NCBI RefSeq assembly: GCF_028641065.1
Contig: NC_073381.1
Coordinates: forward strand, 57,350,001 to 57,414,000
Source: Leucoraja erinacea
Lineage: Eukaryota
Direction of reading: 5' to 3'
DNA length: 64,000 nt
The position numbers and the translations under genes were made by a program. Each line of letters opens with the position of its first letter. Within the stretch, counting starts at the first letter, position 1. Below are positions 39,947 to 54,900 of this stretch, piece after piece. Below the pieces are notes generated by a model. The model did no database searches, was not told the DNA's origin, and worked only from the letters and a program-made list of their open reading frames with translations.

Positions 39947-42900
39947 ACCTCATCATGCAGAGTAACAAGCTTCTTTTTCCTCTTTGTCAGTTCTGACAAA
40001 GGGGGTTTTGATCACAAATATTCACCTCGTTTCTCTTTCCATAGATGTTTAGTTTAGTTTAGTTTAGTTTATTGCCACATGTATCAAGATACAGTGAAAA
40101 GCTTTTGTTGCAGGCTAATCAATCAGCGGAACGACAATACATGATTACAATAAACCATCCACAATGTAAAGATAAAGATAATGATAAAGGAAATAACATG
40201 AATAATATTTAGTGAAAGATAACGTCCAGTAAAGTCCGATCAAAGATAGTCCGAGGGTAATGAGGTAGAAAATAACTCAGGACTGCTCTCTAGTTGTTGG
40301 TGGGATGACTCGGTTAACCAATAACAGCTGGGAAGAAACTGTCCCTGAATCTGGAGGAGTGCATTTTCACACTTCTATAAATTCTATCAATAATTAATGT
40401 TTTGTAATGTTTGCTGAATATTTAAGTAACATTAAAGAATGACCAATATTGAGCTTCATTCTATTGTTTGCCAAATGTTTAGAGGCTGAAACCATGAAGC
40501 AAATGAAGCCAAAACCTACGGAAAAAGGTAATGAAGATTAAGCCAATATATTAATCTGTTTTTATAATGCCCTACTCTCTTTCCTGACATTGCCTAAAGT
40601 ACAAAACTACCAGTGAGTCTCCGAGGATAAATGAATATGAAACTGATATTCTTAGAATGGAGTAACCTTGGATTTGTCCAGTTAAACCAATATTTGTCCA
40701 TACAAAGTCATCCCATAAAAAGTTATGATAATTTTGAAAAAATATAATTAATAAAATCAAAACTAAAATCTGTAAAGCTTGCCTCCATGAACAATCTCTG
40801 AACATTAAAAGGCGACTAACTTACCAAATCTGCTCTGATGCAGTCTCAAAATGAGGATGTAAATAACTTGCATCAACAATAAGAGCTGACAAATTTTACG
40901 TTGTTTGTTTGGGTAAACCACAATATATAACGTCGTTGCGTCATTATCTCCTATTTTATGCTATCAACCGGAGTTGAAATTGGTCTCACTTTGTGAGAAT
41001 ATGAAATGCCTGCTAACCAATGAATTAAGAGTAGTTTTTCATCAGGCAAAGGGCAAAACATAGATAGCTGACATATCAGAATATTTCCTTTCAAAAATTA
41101 CCCAGTCTTCTTATGTCATATTCTCATTAACTCCCAACAGCCAAAAAGCCAAAAGTAAAGAGTAAGTGATCTTCATTCAAATGTTATTAATATTGCTTGC
41201 AATAATATTTACTTGGCATTGTAGGTGACTTTGAAAAAGCTGTAGATTTTAATATCAGTGGCGCTGGTATATGTATTGTAAATGTCTACATAACATTTTC
41301 CATCCTGTGCTTTTAATATACTGATGCCATTGTGTCGGAGAATGGATTTGATTCAGACTTGAAATTCTCTGCGATAATATTCAGCCTTTAATATTTATGC
41401 AATATCAGATTCAATGAAATATATAGTTGTTTTGCTTTAACAAAGGAGTTCTAAGTTTGAAATTGAATTTAACCATGCATATTGAATGATTAAGGTGGAA
41501 GCATATATGCTTAACTCTGCTTCAAACATTCATTTTATATAAATTTTATGGTAATGCAGGTGAAGATCAATTTCTATCCCAATGTCAAATTCCAAAAAGA
41601 CATGTGGTCCCGTGTTCAGTACATACATGAACCAGGGCATTAGAACCTCAGCAAGTTGGAATCGGGCTTGTCATCTGGTTTTCAATATATTATACTTCAG
41701 GCTTGATTTTCTTTAGGCTGAACATTAAAACACTCTTGAAGGCCTACTTGAAAAAAAACTTATAAAGATCTGTCCCAACAATAAATGACCTATGAAGAAT
41801 TCACCTTTTTCTTTCAAAATGCTGCATATAACTTTTAAGCAATTATGTACACTGCTGAACAATCCTATTTTTATGGGATGGTTGATTAGTATTGCAAAAA
41901 CTTGAACATGAAAACGTGGGTGAAAATGCAGTGGGACACTGAAATTGAGTGTGATTACTTGACAGAAAATGAAAAACTTATCAAAATTGTTCAGCCTGTG
42001 AATTTTCATTCCAAAAGCTGAGTCATCTACAGAATCTTTGTTCTCCGCCAACCAACAACCTAGGTTAAAACAAAATAAAGAGGCATTGTGATGGGATCAG
42101 TTTTGCAGTTAAATCCATTTATTGGCAGATTGCTGATGTTTTATTCAATTGTGCATGAGTTGAACCATTATGGATGGTAACATTCACTATGCCCTTGAAG
42201 GAAGCACAGTTATAGCCAGCCTTTATCTGTGGGCCTAAACATGGCAGGGATATTTCTTGTGTATTCCTCTAAAATAAGAAAACATAAATTTCACATTACT
42301 GAAGTCGAAAACTCCTTGAGTCAAGACATGGGGACTTTGGCAGTATACCTACGACAGTAGCATCTAAAGCTGAGTAAAGGAAAAACAGTGTCAACAGCAT
42401 TCCATCTAAACAACAAGGAAGCTAAGCGAGAGCTAACTGTCTTCGTTAACAACAGGCGATTGGACTTCCAAAAAACACCCACTTACCTCGGTGTAAAGCT
42501 GGACAGGTCACTTACATTTCATCAACACCTGGCTGGTCTCTGCGACAAGGTCATGGCATGTAGCGGCCTCATCCAACGCCTGGCAGGAACAAGTTGGGGA
42601 GCCAGTCCATCAACTCTTCGCACCTCTGCCTTAGCTCTTGTGTATGCGCCAGCTGAGTAATGCGCACCCGTATGGAGTAGTAGACATACTAGCCTGGTAG
42701 ACACGAGCCTGAACAGCACCTTACGAACCATCACTGGGTGCCTTCAACCTACTCCAGTCGAGCAGCTCCGTATACTTGCAGGCATTCCGCCTGCAGGGAT
42801 CCGAAGGCAAGCAGCAACTCTGACACTATCTCGTCGTGCCATGGACCCAGATCACCTCCTCCATCAGGCTATCAGCAGAGAGCAGAGGCCACCCCAACTG

Positions 42901-45900
42901 AAGTCCCATCACCCCTTTGCTCCACATGGAAAACAACTCCTAGCATCCATCCAGCCAAATGAGACAAAAGCACACTGGATAGCCACCAAGTGGTCACAGG
43001 AGTGGAAGGCAACCTCATCTCCATTACACAGCTACATCTCTTCACCAGATAAAAGCTTTCCCGGGTCTGACCTCCCCAGAGGAGCATGGGTGAAGCTCAA
43101 CAAACTTCGTACTGGAGTTGGGCGTTTCAATGCCAGCATGTGGAGATGGGGACTCCTCCAAAGCCCAGCCTGCAAATGTGGAGCAGAACAACAGACAGCC
43201 AACCTTGTCATCTCTGGGTGCCCGCTCTACCACCCACCAAATGTAGCTCAGGGTCTGGCAAACATTGACGCAGAAACAACAGGCTACTCAAAACCCGGCT
43301 TGAGATCTAACTATTCCTTTGGTTTATGTTTCATTCGCAAGAAGAAGAAGAATAACAGATCAGTTTGCAGAATCAGACAGACAGACATATTAAGTGAGTC
43401 CATAACACGGACTTCATTACATGCAGAACTCACGGATTTCATTATTCTATCTCCGTTACACTGACGACTGCATCAGGGCTACCTCCTGCACCCATGCAGA
43501 ACTCCCGGAACCAACCTGACCTCCCGGTGGCTCAGCACTTCAACTCCCCCTTCCATTCCGTATCCGACCTCTCTGTCCTGGGCCTCCTCCACGGCCAGAG
43601 GGAGCAACACTGGGAATTGGAGGAACAGCACCTCATACTCCGCTTGGGGAGTCTGCATCCTGGTGGCATGAACATTGAATTCTCACAATTCTGTTAACCC
43701 TTGCTGTCTCCTCCCCTTCCTACCTCTCCCTCAGCCATCGGGCTCCTCCTCCTCCTTTTTCCTTTCTTCTCCCCACCTCCCCCCACCTTCTATCAGTCTG
43801 AAGAAGGGTTTCGGCCCGAAACGTTGCCTATCTCCTTCGCTCCATAGATGCTGCTGCACCCGCTGAGTTTCTCCAGCATTTTTGTGTACCTTCGATTTTC
43901 CAGCATCTGCAGTTCCTTCTTAAACTCTTAATCATGGAATTAATTAACTTCCGACACTTTGTTGTTACTTCTTCCAAAATTAATGAAAACTAAAAAAACA
44001 CCCCAAAGTGAGCTAGACTTATAAAAACCCAATCCAAGCCCTAATTATATTTCATGGTGGGATAAATGTCAGTCACAAGGAAGCTTCAATATAGTTATCA
44101 CCAATGTCATGGCAATATGGTCATTATATTAATCAAACGTTAACTTAAATTGAATGTTAATTGGATGAACTTCATTTTTGGAGCTCAATTTGCTCCCATA
44201 AGCAGAAGCATTGGCTTCTGAGGACAGATTCCTGGAGCTAGGTTTCTGTAGCAATGTCCATGTCTTCCACTCTTGGTATGTAGTAGAGTACCCTGCACTT
44301 CAGCTTTCTCGATAATAAAGGGTTATCCATGCTTTGCTTGCTATCTTTATGAGACATTTACATCTGACAGATTTGACTTGAACCAGATGGATTAATATGT
44401 AAAAGTTGGAATATCTCTTACATCCCTCAATCCAATTCTGGGAACATCCCTTCACTCTTTGAACTCCACTTATCTCTGCTTTGGGATAACCGCCTCTTTT
44501 TAAAGGATCTGTCCTTTATTGATGATCCTTCATCAATACTTCCAGTGCCTCCAGAAACGGGAAACTTCCCACAGCCCAGCTTCTTGATATGTTTTGAATT
44601 TTGACATATTATTAGGTTACTAAATGTTCTCTGTAACACCCATTTTTACCTGATTGTTTGAGTTTCTTTCTTTTTTTGTCAGGTGCACAATTAGGATTCG
44701 TTGCTTCATTGCTGCCCAAACATGCTCTTTGCTGCCCTTAACATACATGGAAACTGATACCATCGATGCCTGCCTCTTAGCTTCACTGCATTGCCCACAC
44801 CACATTGCTGTAGCTGGTCTCATAATAGGCAGCTAAGCAGGTTGATGTTCAAATATCTTCATAATCTTCTTCTCTATAGTAATCATAAGGCTCCTACTGA
44901 GACATCTCCACAGGAGTAACAGATCTTAAAAGATGCACATGATTAATGACCCTCTGGTAATGGTAACAAGGCAAATTTTATCAATGTCATTATTATGGTA
45001 ATTACCACGTTAATATACTACATGTTGAATATGGATGTTGAGACTGATATCCAGTTAATATTTGTGTACAATTAAAGTTGAATTCCTGTGCACCTAATTC
45101 AATTGTTTATTAAATGTTTAGAGGCTGACACTGTGAAACAAGTGAAACCAAAGCCTGCAAAGAAAGGTAACTTGAAATTAAAACAATGAGATATTTATGC
45201 ATATTTCCAACCTCACAAGAAAACTTTAATTTAGTCTCGAGAGATGAATGGGTTATCATATCAAGCATTATGCATGCCAGTTTACAGCTCCTTTTGGCAA
45301 TAGAAGGAAATAGGAAAGTTGATTTCAATTCAGTTAGATGTTGCATGCTAATCTGTGCATTATAAAATCCTTCAAAACCATCAATTACATTGCTAATTAT
45401 GAAACATAATTAATGACTTCCTATATCCACTAAATCAGCCGTGATCTTATTGAATGGCGGTGCTGTCTCGAAGGGCTGAATGGCCTATTCCTGCACCTAT
45501 TTTCTAAATGAAAGGAAGCCAAATGGACAATCCAATGGACACCACACAATGCAAATAAAAAGATAAGACCCTTACAACATGCAAAGCAATTCACATCCTT
45601 CTGCAGTTGTACATGACCCTGGTGAGACCACACCTGGAGTATTGTTTGCAGTTTTGGTCTCCTAATTTGAGGAAGGACATTCTTTCCGTTGTGGGAGTGC
45701 AACGTAGGTTCACGAGGTTAATTCCCGGGATGGCGGGACTGTCATATGATGAAAGAATGGAGCGACTGGGCTTGTGTTCACTGGAATTTAGAAGGATGAG
45801 AGGGAATCTTATAGAAACATATAAAATTATTAAGGGATTGGACACGCTAGATGCAGGAAACATGTTCCCGATGTTGGGGGAGTCCAGAACCAGGGGACAC

Positions 45901-48900
45901 AGTTTAAGAAAAAGGGGGAGGCCATATAGAACTGAGATGAGGAAAAATGTATTCACACAGAGAGTTATGAAATTGTGGAATTCTCTGCCTCAGAAGGCAG
46001 TGGAGGTCGATTCACTGGATGCATTCAAAAGAGAGTTAGATAGAGCACTTGGGGCTAGTGGAATCAAGGGGAATGGGGAGAAGGCAGGAACGTGGATGAT
46101 CAGCCATGATCACTTTGAATGGCGGTGCAGGCTCGATGGGCTGAATGGCCTACTCCTGCACCCATTGCCTGTGTATCTATGTATCTATTACATGCTTAAT
46201 TTTGAGTCAGTCATTGCCAATGCATTTAATGAATTAAATCACAGACTTCTTGTCGAAACACAATAATTATTGTATGATCACCCTCCAAAATCAGAGGCTA
46301 TGAGTTGACCTGATAGAAGTATAAAAAATTAAGAGAGGCAGAGCTAAGCTAAACAATCTAGTTTTTAATCTAAGGTTAGTTTTTTCTTATTGGGAATATC
46401 AAATGTTAGAGGGCACAGCTTTAAGGTCAGTGGGGGAAAATTTAAAGGCGAGTTATGGCACAAGACTTTTACACTGAGAATGGTAGCTGCCTAACCACAC
46501 TGCCGGGGTTGGTGGTGGAGGCAAATACGATAGTGACGTTTAAGAGGCTTTTAGATGGGCAAGTGAATGAATGTGCAGGGAATGGAGGGATATGGATCAC
46601 ATTTAAGTACAAGGTATTAGTTTAAATTTGTACATGTTTGGCACATACATCGTGGGCCAAAGGGCCTGTGCCATGTGCTGCACCTATTTAGGCGCTATGT
46701 TATCTTCAATATGACAAAATACTTACCTTAGATTTTTTTTCGAACAGCAGGAAAGCCTAAAGTCACAAGTGAGTAACTTCTATGAAGATGTCATTGTTTT
46801 TTTAAATAATATTTCATTGGTATAAGGATATTTACATTATCAAAGTTAGTATAGTTACAAAGCAAATGTGTTCAATTGTGAACATTTATACCTGTTTGAA
46901 TGTCTGCTAACATTTCTGAGAAACTAGATGTAAATCAAACTCACTGCCTATTTAATATATTGAGACACAGGGCTAATTAGTTATCACTCCAAATACATAA
47001 TGGCTATTTTAATGTCTCTAAAATAATTTTAGTCTTGATATAAATTGAATTTCACTTACATTCGATCAATGAAGTGGCCTGACTTGCCGAGGTTGAATAT
47101 TAGAAATCAGTTTCTGCATTGTCAGTTTGTACCTTGCAGCATTTGTGTGTAATAATGCAAGTTGTCTGTGCACCACAGAAAGATGGAACTGATCAGCTTC
47201 TCAGTTGGTTAGTCCATGAAATAATAACAGAACATGTTGGATACATTAAGTCATCCAAGGAGATCTGGGCAAAGAAAAATGTTTCATGTTGAAGATCATT
47301 CATTAGATTTCCACTATCTCCAGTCTTTTGATTTTCATTCTGCATCATCTGTAAATTGCATATTAATTTTGTGAAGCTGTTTCAGTTCACAAATTTGATT
47401 TGGTTTATTTTGCTACTGATAAAAATAAAACAGAAAGTGGTCAGAACATTTGTTTTCTTTTTTGTTTCTCATATAAACCCTCTTCATGCATTAGAGCTGA
47501 GGAAACTAGGGCAATTTTGGATCCTTTATCCAAGCGCATGTTTCCTCTGCTTTGAGTTAATCATCACGCAATCACAGAACTGTTAGTGCTCCGCAGAAGG
47601 GTTTTCAGGCCATTGAGTTTGTACCAGCTCCCAGTACGGCAAACCTATCAATCTCATTCCCCCATACTTTCCCATGCACCTTTTTTTTATTGCTAATGCT
47701 TATTCAACATCTTTTTGAAAGCTCTGATTCATTCCGTTTCCACTATCTCTGTTGGCAGTAAATTGTAACTATTCTCTATAATCATGTTTCTATGTTCTTC
47801 TCAATTTTGGATGTCTGCCTCCTGTTCCATGAACCAAATGCGAACTGAAACATACTCTGTCTACTTGTTAAATTCAATAGCACATTGAATACCTCAGTAA
47901 AATCAGCAGTCAATTTCCTTTGCTCCAAGGGGATCAATCACATCTTCTTCAGTCAAAATCATTTCTGTGATCTCTTATCAAGTGAATATTTTCAATATGC
48001 TCTCCACATTTTTCAGATCCTTCATCGTGAATTGATCAGTTTGGATATAATACTCTAGTTTTAGGCTCTCTAGAGGACCATAATACTGTCCGGCCAAGAT
48101 CATCTGGGAATCCTTACCAAAGAAAGTTTTCAATTTTTCCACATTTATCTTTCTTTATATTTTAATTTCTGCAGCTTTGCCCAATCTTTTGGCAGTCTAT
48201 CCCTATTCTTCTCTATGACCATTTTTTACTGCAGTAAAATAACTTTGTTTATTTTACAGACAAAGGCTCTATATAGCTGTTTCCTCATCTGATTTTCAGC
48301 CTCAATCAAACTCTGCTGTTGTCCAAGCTTTCTGTGCGTATTTTTGCTGTGTTAACTAATTAAATATTCCAAAGTGCAAAAAGACTTCTATTTAACTCTG
48401 CCAAGCCTGGCTGGTGCAGCAAGTTGGTGTGTAGCATTTCCGTGCTGTGCAGGAACTGAGGATAATCGTTTGATAATATCATCAGTGGTTGGTGCAACCA
48501 GTTATTTGGTTAACACTTCTTTCATTCTACTCAAGGAATCTCACTTCAGCTCATTTCCATTGGAGGATTTTACTGCCTCTTAAATTGGCATTGGTGGGGA
48601 TGGCAGTCACTATTGTTTCACTGATGTCCAATAATTAATACATATATACATAATTATTAACAAATATATTACCTTAAATGTACCTTTAAATAATTTTATG
48701 ACTGTATAATATTGATAACTTTATGTGTATATCTAACAGTTGTCTAAATTGTGGTAATCTTTCACAACATCAGAGATGGAAATAGTTAACATTTCAAGTT
48801 GAAGACATTCTAACAGAATTTTTTATCAAACCTTTCAACAGTTTGAAATAATAACAATTTATCTCCATCGGTGCCTTGATACCTTATGGTTATCCTTGGC

Positions 48901-51900
48901 ATTTTCTGTTTTTAATTCTGATTTCCAGCATTAGTAATAGTTTAATGTTAGATATAATATCTGGTTGATGTTCATCCACACATAAGATTAATACTGGGCC
49001 TAATCCAATGTTTAGAGGCAGAACCTGCGAAGCAAGTGAAACGGAAGCCCGAAAAGAAAGGTAACAGAAATGAAACCAATTAAATGTTTATGTGGTCCTC
49101 TAACAGCAGTTCTCCTACTTTTCCCATTACTCTAAAGCAGGAGAACAGTGTGTCCATGATGTATCTGACTCATCCTGTCCAGCACTCCATTGATACTCTC
49201 TTAGAATGGAGGAAAATGAATGTATGAACCGGTGTTGCATGGGGACATCTATAAAACGTCATTTGACAATAGTAGTAACAATAAATGTAATGTCAAAGAA
49301 TAATTAATATAAAACACAAAATAATATTCAGTTCAAATACAGCTCCTTAAGTACTATGAATATCAGCACAAGCATTGATGAGCATTGACTTCAGTTAACA
49401 AATTCCACATTTGTTAACTGAAGCGTAGCAAGAAGTGAATATGAATAAATTGAGAAAGCAGCGGCTTTATTTTTATGTACGATTTGATATTTTTTACATT
49501 GGCCAGTAGTATAAAACTAATATTGCATCAGGAACAAATTATGTGCTTCATCGGTGACATTCCTTCCAAATACAGTCACAAGTGGGGATGTTTGATTATG
49601 AATACACAATTTCAATTCCATTCCATTCACAAATTGGAGTGGCACATTGGTGCAACTGGTAGAACTGCTGCCCCACTGTGTCAGAGACCCGGATATGATT
49701 CTGTCCTTGGCTGTTGTCTGTGTTGAGTTTGCACATTCATCCTGTGATCACATGGGTTTCCTCCGGGTGCTCCGCTTCCCTCCCACATCCCAAAGACATG
49801 TGGGGTTGTAGATTAATTAGGCTCTGTAAATAACCCAATAATGTGTGGACAATAGGTGCCAGAATAGTAGGTCATTCAGCCCTTCGAGCCAGCACCGCCA
49901 TTTAATGTGATCACGGCTGATCATCCCCAATCAGTACTCGTTCCTGCCTTCCCCCATATCCCCTGCCTCCACTATCTTTAAGAGCCCTATCTACCTCTCT
50001 CTTGAAAGTATCCAGAGAACTGGCCTCCACCACCCTCTGAGGCAGAGAATTTCACACTCACAACCCTGTGTGAAAAAGTGTTTTCTCATCTCCGTTTTAA
50101 ATGTCTTACCCATTCTTAAACTGTGGCCATTGGTTCTGGATTCCCTCAACATCAGGAACATGTTTCTTGCCTCTAGCATGTCCAAACCCTTAATAATCTT
50201 ATATGTTTCAATAAGATTCCCTCTCATCCTTCCAAAATCCAGAGTATAAAAGCCCAGCCGCTCCATTCTCTCAGCATATGACAGTCCCGCCATCCCGGGA
50301 ATTAACCTTGTAAACCTATGCTGCACTCCTTCAATAGCAAGAATGTCCTTCCTCAAATTAGGGGACCAAAACTGCACACAATACTCCAGGTGTGGTCTCA
50401 CTAGGGCCCTGTACAACTGGAGAAGGACCTCTTTGCTCCTATACTCAACTCCTCTTGTTATGAAGGCCAACATGCCATTCGCTTTCTTCACTGCCTGCTG
50501 TAGATGCATGCTGACTTTCGTTGAATGATGAACAAGAACACCCAGATCCCGTTGTACCTCCCCTTTTCTCAACTTGACACCATTTAGATAATAATCTGCC
50601 TTCCTGTTTTTGCTACAAAAGTGGATAACCTCACATTTATCCACATTAAACTGCATCTGCCATGCATCTGCCCACTCACCCAACCTGTCCAAGTCACCGT
50701 GCATTCTCATAGCATCGTCCTTACAGTTCACACTGCCACCCAGCTTTGTGTCATCTGCAAATTTGCTAATGTTACTTTGAATCCCTTCATTCAAATCATT
50801 GATGTATATTGTAAATAGCTGCAGTCCCAGCACCGAGCCTTGCGGTACCCCACTAGTCACTGCCTGCCATTCTGAAAGGGACCCGTTGATCCCTACTCTT
50901 TGTTTCCTGTCTGCCAACCAATTTCCTATCCATGTCAACACTCTACCCCCAATATCATGTTCCCTAATTTTGCCCAATATTCTCTAATGTGGGACCTTAT
51001 CAAATGCTTTCTGAAAGTCCAGGTACACTACATCCACTGGCTCTCCCTTGTCCATTTTCTTAGTTACACCCTCAAAAATTTCCAGAAGATTAATAAAGCA
51101 TGATTTCCCCTTCGTAAATCCATGCTGACTCAGACCGATCCTGTTACTGCTATCCAAATGTGCCGCTATTTCATCTTTTATGATTGACTCCAGCATCATC
51201 CCCACCACCGATGTCAGGCTAACTGGTCTATAATTCCTTGTTTTCTCTCTCCCGCCTTTCTTAAAAAATGGGATAACATTAGCTACCCTCCAATCCACAG
51301 GAACTGATCCTGAATCTATAGAACATTGTACATTTTTCACCAAGCATCCACGATTTCTATAGCCACGTCCTTAAGTACCCTGGGATGCAGACCATCAGGC
51401 CCTGGGGATTTATCAGCCTTCAGTCCCATCAGTCTACCCTACACCATTTCCTGCCTAATGTGGATTTCCTTCAGTTCCTCCATCACCCCAGATAATCTGG
51501 CCAGTAGTACATCAGGAAGATTGTTTGTGTCTTCCTTAGTGAAGACGGATCCAAAGTACCGGTTCATTGTAGGGAGTGGATTAGAAAGCATAATAACATA
51601 GAACTAGTGTGAACAGCATGAACTCAGTGGGCCAAAGGCCCTGTTTCAACATAAAATCTTGTCCTACAAGCAGAAAGACATGGACAGAATTTGGGCATGG
51701 ACTGATAAAAAACAAGTAAGTTAAGTGCATTAAAACTGCCAGATAATGAACATCTCCAACAAATATGTCAAACCACCCATCCTTGATACTCTTGACACAA
51801 TGACACTAGTTGGGTCCCACCGTAAGTTGGAGGAACAGCACCTCATATTTTGCTTGGGTAGTTTACACCCCTGCTGTATGAACATTGACTTCCAATTTCA

Positions 51901-54900
51901 GGTAGTCCTTGCTTTCTCCCTCTTTCCCCTCCCCATCCCAGCTCTCCCACAGCCCATTTTCTGCTGCCTCTTCCTTTCTTCTTCTCGCCCCCACCACCCC
52001 CACATCTGTTTGAAGAAGGGTCTCGACTCGAAACACCACCTATTCCTTCGCTCCATAGATGCTGCCTCACCCGTTGAGTTTCTCCAGCATTTTTATCTAC
52101 CTAGTAATAGGAATAGTCCTTTTCAAAAATGTTGCATGAATCTTACCTCAGATTGTCATAATTTTGCTCCTAAACAGCAGAACAACCTAAAGTGACAAGT
52201 GAGTGACTTCCGTGAAGATTTTATTCTTGTTTGCTGTTGAGTTGAATGGTCAGAGCTACTGGCAAATGCAATGCAAATTCGGCATGAATTTTCAATGTAC
52301 AGCATTTTCAGTTGTTGATACCGTTGGTTCCCCAAATGAATGGCTGTGTTAAAGGAAAATAGTTTATCTTCTCCATACAAGGCATAACATTTAATTGAAG
52401 CTAGATAAATGTCCTATTTTCCTACATTTTTGGGATGTTATAAACTGTGAGAGCAAATGTAGCCTAGTCCTTCTCAACATTATCATCCTCAAACAGACAC
52501 AATAATATAACCTTGTGCCTTGTATAGGTGGGAGCATTTAATAAAATGAAAGTAATCTAGTTGGCCCATGTCCCTGATTTTTTTGTACGTTACATGAGAA
52601 AGCAAAAGGTAATTTTACTGTGGTGACCACTAATATCATAATAATATGAGATTCTCGACCCGAAAGGTCACCTATTCGTGCTCTCCAAAGAAGCTGCCTG
52701 AACCGCTGAGCTACTCCAGCATATTATGGCTGTAATATTAATTGCATTGTTGAATTCTGATCCAACTTCAGGCAAGCCCAATTGCAGACTGTCATTTTGT
52801 ACTCCCAAAAATTGGGGCATGCCTAACACTTTATCTTGGCTTGGTGAGAATTGATTATTAAAGCTACATTTGGTAATTACATTCACTTTATTTCAATTAG
52901 TGAACTTAAGTAAGTAAGTTTCCGCCTCTAAGGCATCTGGGTAGAGGGAAGATGTCTTGCATTACTATATCCAGAAAGATTCTGAATGCACACAGTTTGG
53001 TTCTTTCTCTCATGATGGCATTTCCCAATATAAATAACTATTTATTTTAAATGGCAAGCAACTGTGTATGCGCAGCAGATGCCTCTCTAGATTTCCGCCT
53101 CGAAACAACCATTTTCTACCCAGGTACCCTGCGCCTATTTTCTGTGCATAAGAATCTGATTAAATCGAGAAGGAGAAAGGAAGATAACTTTGCAGAATTC
53201 ACTGAACGTGTCTTCCTTTCAGTCTGCACACCTATACCAATGTTCAGACATAATTTATACTATCCATGTTTTGTTGACATTGAATTGGTATTTATCATGA
53301 TCAGATGGTCAAAAAAGAGTGGCACTGGCGATGAACTGACTAAACTGAACCTGGCTTTGGAGACTAAATTACTTCTTTACATCGAGTCAAGTGAATGGAG
53401 TCTAAATATGTCTGTTGTATGATTTCTGTTCTTACAATCAATGGTAAATAAATGGAAGGATGGTGAGAAATTACTCAGCAGTGTAACATTGCCTCATTTT
53501 TGTGTGCAAACTAGAAGGTAAATAAAACCTATATGTTTTACAACATTAATTACAGCATATTGTTTGGATTTTGAATTTGCGTTTAAGACTAATATATGTT
53601 TAATATTCATTTTCAATTAAGATGTTACTACTAATTAACCTAATTAATTGTTCTTCTGATGCTTAGAGGCAGAAACGATAAAGAAAGTAAAACAAAAAAC
53701 TGCAGAGAAAGGTAACACCACTGGAATGTTTACATCTGGTGGTAAATTTCCAACTCTCCCTCTTCTGATACCAAATGTTTTAAAAAAATCATCTTACGAT
53801 GTGTTACAGATTTTGATCTCTCTTTTTTTAGTTCCAATTTTCTTATCTCAATATCGATGAAAAGAAAATGCATAAACATCCTCGGGACATATCGTACCAT
53901 GTATCGCAGCATTTGCTTCTGATTGGAAGCACAAACTGCACGGGCCCAACTTATAAAATTAATTTGCGAATTTAAGTAAATTATAATTAGTCACAAAACT
54001 TGAATGCCCCTAGGCCACTTCACTAGGCATGCATATGTACAAATGGCCATGTGATGTCATTAATTGGTCTTTTAATAATGTGTTTTGTGGATGGATACAT
54101 TTATCAATCAAACGATTGAAACATTAGTTTAATACCACTCCTGGCTGGGGCTAAAAAACAAATTGGTTATCGAGTGACTGAAGCCCTTCTCTCACTCCAA
54201 AAAAAAACATTGCATGTTAACTCATACTTTTATTATTATTTATCTCCTAAACAGCAGTAAAGGTAGCAAGTGAGTGATTTCTATGATTTATTGTAAATAT
54301 ATTTTTCTTGTTATCCGCAAAAATGTTTTATTGGCATTAGAGCTTTCATTCCATACCTAGATGGTAAAATAAATATAGAACTACTATTATATAGAAATCA
54401 AACTGGACATAACTACCTTGTTTCCACATTTACGTTACAGATTATTAATATTTAAAAATGAATCAAATTTGTGAATTTTCTTTAACATATTGCATGCATA
54501 AGTATGATGTTTTTAGTGCAATGTTGTTTGCTGAATTGCATGTGAAAAAAAACAAACTAGAAGTCTGTTGCTTCTTTTAACATAGAATATAGAAAAGTGC
54601 AGCACAGGAACAGTCCTTTCACCCACAATGCCCGTGCTGAATAGGATGACAAGTTTGATTAGTCGCCTCTGCCTGCACATGATCCATCTCCATCATTCCC
54701 TTCACATCCGTATGCTTATCTAATACCCCTTGAATGCCGTTATGATATCTGCCTCCTCCGCTAACAGTGGCAGTATTTTACAAGCTCTATGGAAAATGCC
54801 TGCCTCGCATATCTCCTTTAAACTTTGCCCCTCTCACATCAAAGCTATGCACTCCATCCTTTGACATATCCATCCTGGGAAAATGGCTCTGATTGTGCAC

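Noticed and set aside
51668-51722. Candidate exon ending in gtaagt
   Set aside because: Poor acceptor; the translation DMDRIWAWTDKKQ resembles a decayed CR1 RT segment.
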